Notes under the pieces: generated by a model | Database searches by the model: none | The model's input: the letters and a program-made list of their open reading frames with translations, nothing else | Told to the model about the DNA's origin: nothing | Program-made: the position numbers and the translations under genes | DNA from: Candidatus Pacearchaeota archaeon | GTDB lineage: Archaea; Nanobdellota; Nanobdellia; Pacearchaeales; GW2011-AR1 | Length of the DNA: 64,000 nt | Assembly (NCBI GenBank): GCA_016866955.1 | Contig: VGKT01000001.1 | Location: forward strand, 66,556-130,555 | Direction of reading: 5' to 3' | Shown here: positions 1 to 10,249 of the stretch, in pieces | Numbering within the stretch: position 1 is the first letter of the stretch | How the letters are laid out: every line of letters begins with the position of its first letter

Positions 1-578
1 TTACTCAAGAGGAAAAAAAGAATTTATTCATACACTCTGGATCTTCTCTTGCTACCCCTCTTGTGACTGCAGTCCATAAAGAACATTCTCTACGTCAAGG
101 AGCTCTCGCATATTATTTTAGTGAATGGCTTCCAAACGATTTATTAATGAAAGCAGATAAAATGGGAATGGCGCATGGTCTTGAAATCCGTACTCCTTTC
201 TTAGATTCTGACCTTATCGATTATTTTTTACATACTCCCTTTTCTGCTCGCCATAATAGAGCTTTATTTAGAAAGGCGGTAACCCCTCTTCTCCCTCGAA
301 CCATCATGCAAAAACCAAAACAAGGATTTACGCTCCCTCTAAGTACCTGGTTTACCGATCAAAAACTAATTGTTTCATTATTGCCCTATTTTCACCAATT
401 AAAAAAGAGAAAAATATTTTCAGAACAAGTAATTGATCAACTTCTTGTAAATCCTACTGCACATCGTGCTGACCATCAACTTTGGGTACTCCTTGTCTTT
501 GAGCTCTGGGCAGAATTATATTTAGATAAAAAACCACTTAAGGAGGTCATACGAATATGGGACAAAAACCTCGCGTAA
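1..578 (+). CDS. Asparagine synthase family protein, C-terminal part (5' end outside window)
   Basis: The frame is open from nt 3 to the stop at 576-578. It carries the AsnB-type C-terminal signature DLLMKADKMGMAHGLEIRTPFLD. Confidence 0.75.
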   Translation, partial: TQEEKKNLFIHSGSSLATPLVTAVHKEHSLRQGALAYYFSEWLPNDLLMKADKMGMAHGLEIRTPFLDSDLIDYFLHTPFSARHNRALFRKAVTPLLPRTIMQKPKQGFTLPLSTWFTDQKLIVSLLPYFHQLKKRKIFSEQVIDQLLVNPTAHRADHQLWVLLVFELWAELYLDKKPLKEVIRIWDKNLA

Positions 579-1567
579 GTTTTATTTTAGGAATTTTAAA
601 CGCAGAACGTACTCTACGTGAATGTCTTTCGAGTATAGTAAGTCAGAAAACAATAACACCTTATGAGCTCATTATTGTTGATGGGGGATCAACAGACACC
701 ACTCTTTCGATTATTCAAGAATATAGAAAAAAATATGAACATATTCGTTTATATCATAATCCTTCTCGCCTTTCAGAAGGAAAGGGAATGAGTAAAGATA
801 TCGGCGTACAAAAAGCTCGAGGGGAGATTGTTATCTTTATTGATCACGATAATATTTTAATTGAACAAAATTGGCTTACTACTCTTCTCATTCCTTTTAG
901 TGACCCAACGATTATGGCCTCACAATCGTTACTTGCTTCACGTAAAGGTGATTCTCTTTTTCTTACTTATGTGAACGAAATAGGAGTAGAAGACCCATTT
1001 GCAATCCCCTATTCACTCGTTGCTCAAGCGCAGCTCAATCCTGCACGTTTTAAACAGGAGAATACATGGTATACTTACACCATTTCTTCCGAATTCCCCT
1101 TGTTTGGAGGAGCAAATGGATGTGCATTTAGAAAAAAAGTTTTTGAACGTATTGGTGGCTATACTCGAGATGTAGATGTATTCGCTTCAATGGGTGAACA
1201 AGCAATGCGCGTGGCAATTGTTCCTCAAGCGCATGTTCACCATAAAACTTCTGCTTCATTTAGTTCATATCTTTATAAAAAAGGCACCTATTTTTATCGA
1301 TTCATCTCACAAGAATATAAACATAAAAAATTTAATTGGATTCCTACAACTTTTTACGGAAAACTTTGGTTTGGAGGATATGTTTTTCTTAATCTTACCC
1401 TGTTCTGGCCAATTATGTGGAGTTTTTTTAGATTTTTCCAAAATCCACGACTTTTCTGGTTCTTACACCCCTTTTATCTTTTTATTATCACCTTGGAATA
1501 TAGTTTCTTAAGCCTACTTAAATTTTCAAATTTGATAGCTTACTCATCTTTTCCGCGCAGAAAGTAA
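557..1567 (+). CDS. Family 2 glycosyltransferase with hydrophobic C-terminal domain
   Basis: GT-A N-terminus (VSFILGILNAERTL, ELIIVDGGSTDTT, IFIDHDN). The C-terminal third is hydrophobic. A GGAGG sits about 9 nt upstream of the ATG. Confidence 0.8.
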   Translation: MGQKPRVSFILGILNAERTLRECLSSIVSQKTITPYELIIVDGGSTDTTLSIIQEYRKKYEHIRLYHNPSRLSEGKGMSKDIGVQKARGEIVIFIDHDNILIEQNWLTTLLIPFSDPTIMASQSLLASRKGDSLFLTYVNEIGVEDPFAIPYSLVAQAQLNPARFKQENTWYTYTISSEFPLFGGANGCAFRKKVFERIGGYTRDVDVFASMGEQAMRVAIVPQAHVHHKTSASFSSYLYKKGTYFYRFISQEYKHKKFNWIPTTFYGKLWFGGYVFLNLTLFWPIMWSFFRFFQNPRLFWFLHPFYLFIITLEYSFLSLLKFSNLIAYSSFPRRK

Positions 1568-2209
1568 TATATCCAATCCCGTACGATTAAATTTATGATA
1601 CGTTTTGTTCGGACTTGTTATGAATGTTTGGAAAGGTCTTTGTCTTCTTAAAATAAATTTGTTCATTAAATGAATATATAAATTGCCTAAAAGAAAAATA
1701 TTTTCTACAAGATTAAAATGTTCGATTTCGAATCCTGCTCTTTCTACTCTTTGTTTAATAAGTTCATTTGAATAATGACGCTCATGTTCAGCATATTTTA
1801 CCGGATTAATATAATGGAGAAAATGATCATTAGGTACTCCAATAACCACTTTTCCCCCTTTCTTTAAAGATTTTGCAATCCATTGCAATGCTAATATGTC
1901 GTCCTTCAAATGTTCCAATACTTCAATAATAACAATGGTATCGAAATAATTTTCTTTTATTGGTTTTTGAGAAGTAATGTTATAATTAAGCAGTTTTGTT
2001 TTCTTAAGAAATTTTTGAGCGCCCTTTAATTTTTTCTCATCTATATCTATAGTAATGCATTCTTTAACCTTTCCCTCTATCGCCATTTCAATTTCGGGAA
2101 TATTCGAAATACCTATATTTAGAATTTTTTCCCCTTTTTTAGGATTAATAAGATTAACAATATATTCAATACGGTTATTTGCAAATGGTTCTTTAATTTT
2201 TTCCTTCAT
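1544..2209 (-). CDS. Class I SAM-dependent methyltransferase
   Basis: Rossmann-type methyltransferase motifs (KILNIGISN, VIIEVLEHL, GGKVVIGVPN). It is the last gene of the minus-strand glycosylation operon. Confidence 0.7.
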   Translation of the reverse strand: MKEKIKEPFANNRIEYIVNLINPKKGEKILNIGISNIPEIEMAIEGKVKECITIDIDEKKLKGAQKFLKKTKLLNYNITSQKPIKENYFDTIVIIEVLEHLKDDILALQWIAKSLKKGGKVVIGVPNDHFLHYINPVKYAEHERHYSNELIKQRVERAGFEIEHFNLVENIFLLGNLYIHLMNKFILRRQRPFQTFITSPNKTYHKFNRTGLDILLSARKR

Positions 2210-2678
2210 TTGCTTTCTCCTTAAATGTTTTTTTAAAAAATGATTGTAGTTTCAGAAGATTATTTTTCTTTATTAATGGTTTTTTATTATAATTTTGGAG
2301 AAGTTTCGGAGTTATTTCTTGTATATCTAGAATCATTTTAATTCCTGTTTTTTCTTGTAATGCTTCTGCAAATTCAACTTGATGGTCATTGATATGTTCC
2401 TTAAATTTTTTTTGACGAGGTACTGTAATAATTGGTTTTTTCTGCGTTAACACAAACTCAAGAAGAGAAGTCGCAGAATGACAAATAACAAGTCTGGCCT
2501 TTTTATAATACGGTTCGAGAGTATCAGTAAAGGCAAAATGTTTTACATTTTTTGGAACGTAATTAGTAAACCCCGTCTGAATAATAATTTCTTCATCTAT
2601 TTGAGGAGCAATTTCATCAATTTTTTTAATAAGACGATCAAATTGTCCTGGATGTGTTCCAATAGTCACAAATATCAT
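2193..2678 (-). CDS. Alg13-like glycosyltransferase catalytic subunit (GT28 C-terminal-domain type)
   Basis: The N-terminus MIFVTIGTHPGQFDRLI resembles Alg13/EpsF-type subunits. It overlaps the Alg14-like gene by 4 nt. Confidence 0.7.
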   Translation of the reverse strand: MIFVTIGTHPGQFDRLIKKIDEIAPQIDEEIIIQTGFTNYVPKNVKHFAFTDTLEPYYKKARLVICHSATSLLEFVLTQKKPIITVPRQKKFKEHINDHQVEFAEALQEKTGIKMILDIQEITPKLLQNYNKKPLIKKNNLLKLQSFFKKTFKEKANEGKN

Positions 2679-3148
2679 AGAACACTTCCTTGAAATTCTG
2701 CTTTTTTTCCGTACTTTGCTTTCATGGTCTCGTGTTGTACAATAAACCTATCTACAAACCAATAACAAAATCGTGCTGACCAATTTGGAGTCTTAACTCG
2801 AATAAAAGTATCAATAAATATGGAATAAATACCTAATGAACGTGCAGCCATTACCGCTGGAATGGATAATTGAGCCCCATTAGTAACTAAACATTCAACC
2901 TTCTTTCTTATAAATAAAGTGCGAAGTTGAAAAAAACGTTTCAAATATTCAAAAGGATTGAAATTAAGCACATCTTTTGGATAAAAATAGGTTGCGTACT
3001 TTTTTTGAAAATAATGCTTGTATTCCCCTCTTTTTCCAGGCGATTCTGTAACAAATAAGATAGTGTGTCCTTTAAGAACAGAAGGAGTAAAAATAATTCC
3101 TGCTTGTCCTGCATGCCCCCCCTGAGAAGAAACAATTGCGATGTTCAT
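2675..3148 (-). CDS. Alg14-like glycosyltransferase partner subunit
   Basis: IAIVSSQGGHAGQ glycine/His motif typical of Alg14/PssD. It is paired with and overlaps the Alg13-like gene. Confidence 0.65.
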   Translation of the reverse strand: MNIAIVSSQGGHAGQAGIIFTPSVLKGHTILFVTESPGKRGEYKHYFQKKYATYFYPKDVLNFNPFEYLKRFFQLRTLFIRKKVECLVTNGAQLSIPAVMAARSLGIYSIFIDTFIRVKTPNWSARFCYWFVDRFIVQHETMKAKYGKKAEFQGSVL

Positions 3149-3170
3149 GGTAAAGAGCTTATTTTTAGGA

Positions 3171-3959
3171 TTATAAAGGTGTTTGTTTGAGCGTCGACCA
3201 TAATGCAGTTATTGGTTTACGAAGTGAATGAAGAAAAGGTCGAAAGGGAGATTTTTGTAATCTTAATTGTATTACTGCAAAAAACATTTGAAAAGAAGTA
3301 CGAATAATTTTTACCTTACTTCCTTCAATATCGAACCAAGTAGTAGGCACTTCGGTAATTATGTATCTTTTTAATTTACATTCATATAATAATTCGATAT
3401 CGAATGCCCATTGAGTCATTTTAACTGAATCTGCGATGGTTTGTGCTGTTTTCCGTGTAAAAAGCTTTGCTCCACACTGCGTATCAGATTGAGGTAGATG
3501 CAACAATAACCTTACAAAGAGATTAAATGCTTTTCCTACAATTGCTCTTCTAAACGTTAGTTTTGGATGACAGTGTGACTGAGAAAGATACCTACTTGCT
3601 ATACATCCATCAAAATTTCCTAAATGTATTCGTAAATCATCGAATGCCTGTGGTGAAGTCGCTAAATCTGCATCAACAAAACCAATAAGGTCTGTTTTTG
3701 ATTTAAGAGCTTGCTTAAACCCTTCAATGACTGCATATCCTTTGCCACCCTTTATAAGATTGATATAAGTAATACATGGATTCTTTGATTTGGTATATTT
3801 TTTTACAATAGAGAGAGTTTTATCTTTAGTATTATTGATTGCAACAAGTATGGTTGTTTCTATATCTTTTTTTTCACGATAATAAGTTATGAAAGCTTCC
3901 AAAGTTTTGCCTATTCTTTTTTCTTCATTATAAGCAGGAATAATAATTGTTTGTTTCAT
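3171..3959 (-). CDS. GT2 dolichyl-phosphate hexosyltransferase-like protein (Alg5/DPM1-like)
   Basis: IIIPAYNEEKRIGKTLE, FVDADLATSP (DxD) and QCGAKLF motifs. The start is taken at the internal Met (MKQTIIIP), giving a 4-nt overlap with the flippase stop. Confidence 0.8.
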   Translation of the reverse strand: MKQTIIIPAYNEEKRIGKTLEAFITYYREKKDIETTILVAINNTKDKTLSIVKKYTKSKNPCITYINLIKGGKGYAVIEGFKQALKSKTDLIGFVDADLATSPQAFDDLRIHLGNFDGCIASRYLSQSHCHPKLTFRRAIVGKAFNLFVRLLLHLPQSDTQCGAKLFTRKTAQTIADSVKMTQWAFDIELLYECKLKRYIITEVPTTWFDIEGSKVKIIRTSFQMFFAVIQLRLQKSPFRPFLHSLRKPITALWSTLKQTPL

Positions 3960-5188
3960 TTTGTTACTTGTTGTCCACTCCATACATAAATCCCTAAAGC
4001 ACATGAAGCAATAATTAATCTTGTTGTAAATGAATCTATTGAATAGGCAGTACTTAATAAAATAATTTCACTCAGCAATCCTAATCCAATTGTTAAGATT
4101 AAAGCTAGAATTCTTTTTTGACTAAATGAAATATCTTCTTTGATATTTGCCAAAAGATAGAGGAAATATAGGTTAAGGAATGTAAGAACGCTCATGGCAA
4201 TACCAGTCTTAAAGAGCAGCCCTGCAGCAATAGGTAATTCTTTACCAGAAAATAAATGTATTAATTCTCCTGAAAAAAACAGATAAATACTAAGAAGTAA
4301 AACAACTAAAAAACCAGAGAAAAATCCTGCTTTGATAAGTAATTTTTTTTTCTTTTTTTGAGTAGACATTACGGCAATCGGAAGATATGCTCTTCCAATT
4401 GGCATTGTGCCCCACAGAATAACCTTGCCCAATAAAGCTGCAAGAGCGTAATTTCCAGCAATTTCTTCTGAAAAGATAAGACGTGCAATGAGTAAATCAA
4501 ATGAATAAAATCCAACAATTCCCAACATGAGAATGAGCGTAATTATCCCTTTTTTGAAAGGTGCTTGTAAATGAGATTCCTTTCTAGTTATCTTCTTCAA
4601 TTGTAACTGTTTTGATGAGAGAGGGAGAATAATAAGTGCACCAATAATAACCCCCCAAATTGCTCCATAGAGTGCCCATCCGGCTAATACAAGGCAAACA
4701 GCAACTCCTACTTTGATAAATGATTCTAGAATCAATCCTAAACCTAATTCTTTGAATTTTTGTGTTCCTTGTAGTCCCCCTCGTAATATTGCCGTGACAA
4801 AAGATAAGGGGATGAGCGTTCCAATAAGAAGAAGATGTAGTGAAGAAAGTTTCAAATAAGGGGCAATAAAAAATACAATAATAGAATATGCTACCCAAAT
4901 ACTCAGCGCGTATTTTAATGTTCCTTGAGAAAAACGAATAAGGGTGTCCTTTATTTTTCCCTTATCTTCAGTTTTTGAGATAAAAGTGGTAACTGTTGTT
5001 TGTAAGGTATCTGAAAAAAGAGAAACAAAATAGACCACGGTAAATAAAGTTGCTAATGCTCCATACTCTACAGGTGTAAGTAAACGAGCCATACTAAATT
5101 GATACAAAAAATTACATATGTTAAAAAGATTATAAGCAATAAGTAAGGTAAAACTTCCTGAAAGCAACGAAAATGAATTTTTTTTCAT
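3956..5188 (-). CDS. MOP/Wzx-type oligosaccharide flippase
   Basis: 410-aa polytopic membrane protein with about 12 hydrophobic segments. It sits between a GT and the GlcNAc-1-P transferase in the glycosylation operon. Confidence 0.65.
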   Translation of the reverse strand: MKKNSFSLLSGSFTLLIAYNLFNICNFLYQFSMARLLTPVEYGALATLFTVVYFVSLFSDTLQTTVTTFISKTEDKGKIKDTLIRFSQGTLKYALSIWVAYSIIVFFIAPYLKLSSLHLLLIGTLIPLSFVTAILRGGLQGTQKFKELGLGLILESFIKVGVAVCLVLAGWALYGAIWGVIIGALIILPLSSKQLQLKKITRKESHLQAPFKKGIITLILMLGIVGFYSFDLLIARLIFSEEIAGNYALAALLGKVILWGTMPIGRAYLPIAVMSTQKKKKKLLIKAGFFSGFLVVLLLSIYLFFSGELIHLFSGKELPIAAGLLFKTGIAMSVLTFLNLYFLYLLANIKEDISFSQKRILALILTIGLGLLSEIILLSTAYSIDSFTTRLIIASCALGIYVWSGQQVTK

Positions 5189-5194
5189 TTGTTG

Positions 5195-6199
5195 TTATAA
5201 TGCCCCTTGCAAATAAATACTTGTTTCAATAATAACGATTATTTGTATGATCCATATAAAGTACACAACTCGTTGTTCGGTTGCTTTTAGGCCCATTTTT
5301 GTAAGTAAAGCTATTCCCACATGAGTTAAACCGTACCATTTGTTATATTGTTGTTTAAGCGTACCATCTTTCTGAGGAAGACCAAAAGAAGACTTCGTGA
5401 ATTTTCCTCGTGCTTTAAGAAAAACTTCAATAATGACTGGAATAAACATAAGTAATCCTATTTTTTCAAAGTTGCCGAGAATACACATGCTTGCAATGAG
5501 TCCCCCAATAGGGTATGTAAGCACATCCCCTGGAAATACTTTTGCGGGAAAACGATTGTAATAAAGAAATACAAGTAATGAAGCAATCATGCATAAACCG
5601 ACAATAGCAAGCCAGGAACTTCCGGTAACATATGCCACAACACTTACTCCCCCAAGAAGAAGTATTCCTTGTCCTGCTTCAAGACCATTAAATCCTGCAA
5701 GAAAATTAAACGTGGTGCCTGCCCCCACGAATGCGAGTGGAATCAAGAGAAGAGGATAGAGTATCCCTACATCAACTGTTCCGATGAATGGGAGAGAGAT
5801 GATGCTCTTCCCTGCATTGATAGCAATAAGAGGAACTGCTGCTCCTAAAACAAGCATGAGACGAGAACGTATAGAAAGTCCCCCTCGTTGCCAACCTAAC
5901 AAATCATCAATGAGTCCAATTCCACCCATAAGAATACAAGAGACAAGAAGAGCTAAAATTTCAATCGTGCGCACATTGCTTTGAGTAACAAAAGTGTGAT
6001 ATGCAATAAACAAAAATACTCCTCCTAAAAATCCAACTAAAACTGCAATCCCTCCGGATCCGGGAATTTTTTGTTTTCCATATTTATTCATATCGTCCCA
6101 GACAAGACCAATTTGTTTTGCTTTCCGCATCCAAATAGGAAGGAGATAAGCAGTGATAATACAACTGACGGCAATAAAAAGAAAGTTAATGTAATCCAT
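5195..6199 (-). CDS. aglH: UDP-GlcNAc:dolichyl-phosphate GlcNAc-1-phosphate transferase (MraY/Alg7/AglH family)
   Basis: Polytopic protein with GLIDDLLG, NFLAGFNGLEAGQG and VFPGDV motifs of the polyprenyl-phosphate HexNAc-1-P transferase family. A TAATG overlap links it to the aglB stop at 6197-6201. Confidence 0.8.
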   Translation of the reverse strand: MDYINFLFIAVSCIITAYLLPIWMRKAKQIGLVWDDMNKYGKQKIPGSGGIAVLVGFLGGVFLFIAYHTFVTQSNVRTIEILALLVSCILMGGIGLIDDLLGWQRGGLSIRSRLMLVLGAAVPLIAINAGKSIISLPFIGTVDVGILYPLLLIPLAFVGAGTTFNFLAGFNGLEAGQGILLLGGVSVVAYVTGSSWLAIVGLCMIASLLVFLYYNRFPAKVFPGDVLTYPIGGLIASMCILGNFEKIGLLMFIPVIIEVFLKARGKFTKSSFGLPQKDGTLKQQYNKWYGLTHVGIALLTKMGLKATEQRVVYFIWIIQIIVIIETSIYLQGAL

Positions 6200-8931
6200 T
6201 ATGCTGTATTGAGCCTCTTATCTGGGAATGTTGTTTCAAGATAAGAATGATTACTTTGAATATGATTTGGATACTTAATTTCCCATATTTTGATTGGTCC
6301 TGCGAATGCCCCTCCTCGGATCCCTCCATATACTTCATCGTGTAAGAAAGAACCTTGTAATAAAGTAGGATTTTGCGCTCGAATAGATGCAATCACCGCA
6401 TCTTCTTGTTCGTGAACAAGTGTAAATTCAGGAACTTCTTGATTGAAAAGATACAAATGGGCAATATTTGAATGTATTACTTTTGGTGAAAGATAAAGTG
6501 CTGCCCCTCCTGCTTGTATTTGGGGTTGCCCGTTTTCACTTGTTAAACGAGGATAAACAAAAACTCCTGCTTCAATGCCTGTTTTAAAATCAAGAAGCTC
6601 CTTATTTTGATATGCGTATCGTAAAGGTATTGTAAGTTTTTTATTCTTGTAGACTATAATTGCTTGAGGCTGTACAACCAACGTATTATTTGTATTAAAT
6701 CCAAGAATAATTCCCCCTATTCCTGCTGAACCTTCAGGCAAGAATACCTCTGTTCCGTTAAGGGCATACGTTATGTCCTGATCAAGTGAAAATCCCCCTG
6801 AATAAAGGAAGAGTGTAGCATTTTTTGTCTGACTGAGCGTTTGTTGTCTAATTAATGATGGAATATAACTTCGACGATCGTAAGTAACTCCGGAACCGAT
6901 TGAAGAGAATGCCCCATATTTACCAATATCAGTAGAATCAATAAGTAAATGTGTTGCTTTATGCGTTTTGAAATACTGGAATAATGCTTCGGAGCTTCCT
7001 CCTGTTAAAGCTAACCGCCCCATTAAATGATTCCAATAGCCATAAGAGTTACCCCCATCGAGAATCGTTGCTCGCTTTCCGATAGACTGCACCCAATATC
7101 CGTAATCCCACCAATGTGCAAATACTGCATTTTCAGGAGTATTTTCTCGTACCCAAGACATTGCCTGTTGCCATTGTTGAGTATATGCAGAAGGCCCAAA
7201 ACTTTTTGCAGTACAATACGATTCTTTGAAAAAACTTGCGCTAGAAGATCCTGCACAGATATTGCCTGCTAAAATGCCGCTTCCTCCTGCTAAGAAACCA
7301 AGATAGAGCAAGATAATTCCTAACCCATAGGCTGTCCAAGTAAGATAACGAGAAGAAGTTTTTGATTTTAGATAGAGTGAAAAACAAAAATACCATGAAA
7401 GCATAGCTGCTGCAGGAACAAGGACCATAATAGTACGGACGCTTCCTCGAGCTGAAACAACACTGAAGAAAAAGAGAGAAAGCAAGAATAAATAGCCAAA
7501 GTCTAATTTTCCTTTCTCTCCTTTGAAATAATAATATCCAAAAACGGTTATTACTGCTATAAATCCTGATGCATAAAACAATAAGCTAAATGTATTTGTT
7601 CCATTTAAGAGACTTGAAGGGTTATATCGACTAAAGATAATTGCAAGTAAAAAATAGGCAAAGGCGAGCGTTTTTACAATTCTTGTTTTTGAATCCTCGG
7701 TGTTAAATAATGAATATACCAGTGCTACTGCTCCCCCCATAAAAATGAAGAAATAAAGTTTTCCAAAACTACCTACCCATTCGGTAAAGAAAGGTTGACG
7801 ATTTTCTGCAACCGTTACTCCGAACCTATCGACGATTGGTGAAACCAATGCATTTTTTATATTAATCATCTGATTGATAACTTGTTCAAATCCTAAAATG
7901 CCAATCGCTCCAACGAAGCCAAGAATAAGAACAATAAAGAGGGCGTAGAGCTGTATGGAAATTTTGTCAGAGTAAGGTAATGATATTTTTATCTTTTCTT
8001 TAAGAATATATTCTACACACATCATCCCCAAAAGTCCATAGGCTAATCCGGTAATTGGAGAAATAACTAAACCAAAAAAAGAATAACGATTGGTAGTAAA
8101 AAGAATTCCAATTGTTGTTAAAATAATCCAACAAGCATACATAAGTTTATTTTCATTACATATAGGATTATAGAGGAACATAAGAGTGCAGGCAATTGAG
8201 AGAGTAACAAAGATGTATGCAAATCCTCCCCAAGCATTCGCCATAGCGATAGTACCTATAATTGCAATAGCGCAGAAAATAATTTTTCTCTTTGAGTTAG
8301 TTGCATTCCAAGCACCTACGAATCCCCAAAAAGCAAGAAACATGAATAAGAACCCTATTGATTCTTTTTCAGGAATACCTGCGATCGTACGAGGAAGTAA
8401 TGCTGAAATAATTGTGATAAATGTTGAGGCAAATAATGCGATGAGAAGTGCATATCGTTCGCCCATTTTTACTTTAAAAATTTCATAAGTCATACAGAAA
8501 AAAGCCCCTACTGTGAGAACAAACATGCCTGCTGGAAAGAGTACTGCAGAATGAGTTACTGATTCTGTCATACCAAAGAAAGCGAGAAAATGGTGGAACC
8601 AAGCAATCATATAAGGGAGAAGCAAAAGTTCTTTTGAAGTATCGAATCCGAGTGGGACATATCTCATAACATCTTGAGCAAATAGGGATCCGTTTGCAAC
8701 GATATGCTCTGCCCAACGTAAGAATAAAAAGGGGTCTAAATCAGGACCAAGTGCCCAACCCCCCGTAGTGATATCTTTTAGTAAAGGGAGATTACGGGTA
8801 CGAAGCCAAAAAGCGAAATACATAAGGAATGCAAGTGCTCCATACACCCAAAAATGCGTTTTTGTCTTTAAAGAAGTATACACTGCACGTAACCGTTGCT
8901 GTGCGAGTTGTGTATCGTCCCGACTTGACAT
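6199..8931 (-). CDS. aglB: Archaeal oligosaccharyltransferase AglB (STT3 family)
   Basis: 910 aa with a multi-TM N-terminal domain and a soluble C-terminal domain. It contains the catalytic WWDYGYW motif (AHWWDYGYWVQSIG). Confidence 0.9.
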   Translation of the reverse strand: MSSRDDTQLAQQRLRAVYTSLKTKTHFWVYGALAFLMYFAFWLRTRNLPLLKDITTGGWALGPDLDPFLFLRWAEHIVANGSLFAQDVMRYVPLGFDTSKELLLLPYMIAWFHHFLAFFGMTESVTHSAVLFPAGMFVLTVGAFFCMTYEIFKVKMGERYALLIALFASTFITIISALLPRTIAGIPEKESIGFLFMFLAFWGFVGAWNATNSKRKIIFCAIAIIGTIAMANAWGGFAYIFVTLSIACTLMFLYNPICNENKLMYACWIILTTIGILFTTNRYSFFGLVISPITGLAYGLLGMMCVEYILKEKIKISLPYSDKISIQLYALFIVLILGFVGAIGILGFEQVINQMINIKNALVSPIVDRFGVTVAENRQPFFTEWVGSFGKLYFFIFMGGAVALVYSLFNTEDSKTRIVKTLAFAYFLLAIIFSRYNPSSLLNGTNTFSLLFYASGFIAVITVFGYYYFKGEKGKLDFGYLFLLSLFFFSVVSARGSVRTIMVLVPAAAMLSWYFCFSLYLKSKTSSRYLTWTAYGLGIILLYLGFLAGGSGILAGNICAGSSSASFFKESYCTAKSFGPSAYTQQWQQAMSWVRENTPENAVFAHWWDYGYWVQSIGKRATILDGGNSYGYWNHLMGRLALTGGSSEALFQYFKTHKATHLLIDSTDIGKYGAFSSIGSGVTYDRRSYIPSLIRQQTLSQTKNATLFLYSGGFSLDQDITYALNGTEVFLPEGSAGIGGIILGFNTNNTLVVQPQAIIVYKNKKLTIPLRYAYQNKELLDFKTGIEAGVFVYPRLTSENGQPQIQAGGAALYLSPKVIHSNIAHLYLFNQEVPEFTLVHEQEDAVIASIRAQNPTLLQGSFLHDEVYGGIRGGAFAGPIKIWEIKYPNHIQSNHSYLETTFPDKRLNTA

Positions 8932-8953
8932 GAATAAGATAGACTGAAAGAGC

Positions 8954-8961
8954 TATTTAAA
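8954..8961 (-). promoter_or_regulatory. TATA box of the aglB operon (leaderless)
   Basis: The minus strand reads TTTAAATA followed by GCTCTTTCAG. The aglB ATG lies 22 nt downstream. Confidence 0.5.
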
Positions 8962-8987
8962 CATTCAGGAATGGAATACACTACTTT

Positions 8988-9845
8988 CTAGAAGAGAAGC
9001 GGAGTAAGATAGACTTCCATAAGTGCAGCAATAAACAGCACTATAACGGAAGCAACAATGAGGTTAAATGAGTCGTGCAATACTTCCCAGAATCGTTCTT
9101 GTCCCGCTTCATGTTTGATGATGGCAATGGAAACCATTCCCCCCGCTAATGCTACAATAAAATACGCCCCTATTTCGGGAATGCCATGGACCATATAGCG
9201 TAAGAGGCCAAAGGGTAAATCTGAAAGTGTAAATTTAGTGAATATACCGATTGCAGCGGCAATAACGGATGCATTCCAAGCTAAAATAAATATGACTCCC
9301 GCTCCAAATATCAAAGAAAAGACTAACGTAAAGATAAGCACTGAAATATTATTTTTGAATATTTGAAATAAACGAGCGGACGAAGTTGCAGCCCCGGTTA
9401 CAACAACCGAATCTTGAATCCCATATTGTTCTACACAATGATTGATATTACTTGGACGGTTGATAAGACAGTACGTTTCAATTTGTGCTTTGAAATTTTG
9501 AGGGGAATCTAAAACAATATACCAAAACGAAAACGCAACTACGAATCCTAGAAATAAATAGAGAAATGCTTTGATTGCTTTTTCGTGCTCTTTCAAGAGA
9601 TTCCCTGTTCCGCGTACATAAGGAATTTTACTTTCTTCATATTTAATGGTGTAATACATAAAGGGCATGGAGAACATCACCGTGAATGTTACGATGAGCA
9701 ACCCCGCATATCTGGAGAGTACTAAATCTCGAGAAAATACTACCTCAGTCAATAAAACTGCGAGACTTGCATAAAAAGCACCAACGAAAAAAAGTTCCCA
9801 AGGGTATCGTTCCGCTTTTTTTGGATTCACCAACATTTCAAACAT
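8988..9845 (-). CDS. SpoIIM/DUF95-family integral membrane protein
   Basis: FKNNISVL...AWNASV and MVHGIPEIGAYF motifs typical of SpoIIM-like proteins. The start is uncertain: the ORF is open to 9887 and I chose MFEMLV. Confidence 0.55.
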   Translation of the reverse strand: MFEMLVNPKKAERYPWELFFVGAFYASLAVLLTEVVFSRDLVLSRYAGLLIVTFTVMFSMPFMYYTIKYEESKIPYVRGTGNLLKEHEKAIKAFLYLFLGFVVAFSFWYIVLDSPQNFKAQIETYCLINRPSNINHCVEQYGIQDSVVVTGAATSSARLFQIFKNNISVLIFTLVFSLIFGAGVIFILAWNASVIAAAIGIFTKFTLSDLPFGLLRYMVHGIPEIGAYFIVALAGGMVSIAIIKHEAGQERFWEVLHDSFNLIVASVIVLFIAALMEVYLTPLLF

Positions 9846-9870
9846 ACGAGACCCTATGCACAAAGGGCTT

Positions 9871-10236
9871 TTATAAGTTCTGCTCAAGTAATTTTTGAGC
9901 TTGCGATTCCAATTCTGCTTGTTGATGAAGTAATCGTGTTTTTGCAGTACGTAAATGGGCTGTTTGCTCGCCTAATGTCTTAACCACTTCCCCGCGTGTT
10001 TTTTTAACAAGAAACCCTGCTCCTACTTCTACAAAACAAGCAGGTTGTTGAGGAGCTAACTGCCCTTCCATAAATACTCCTTTTCCAACAGGAACAAGGA
10101 CTGAAGAAGAAGGTTGTGCATGAGGGAATGCATGAGTAAATTGTTCTAACTCTTCTAATTGTTGCGATACTGCTTGCAAATGCACGTGATTTTGTTCTAA
10201 TTGATGCACGAGGGCACGTAATTGCGTATCATCCAT
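9871..10236 (-). CDS. pfdA: Prefoldin alpha subunit
   Basis: N- and C-terminal heptad coiled coils flank two beta-hairpins (VLVPVGKGVFMEG, FVEVGAGFLVKKT). Confidence 0.7.
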   Translation of the reverse strand: MDDTQLRALVHQLEQNHVHLQAVSQQLEELEQFTHAFPHAQPSSSVLVPVGKGVFMEGQLAPQQPACFVEVGAGFLVKKTRGEVVKTLGEQTAHLRTAKTRLLHQQAELESQAQKLLEQNL

Positions 10237-10249
10237 GGTGAGTAGGTGA

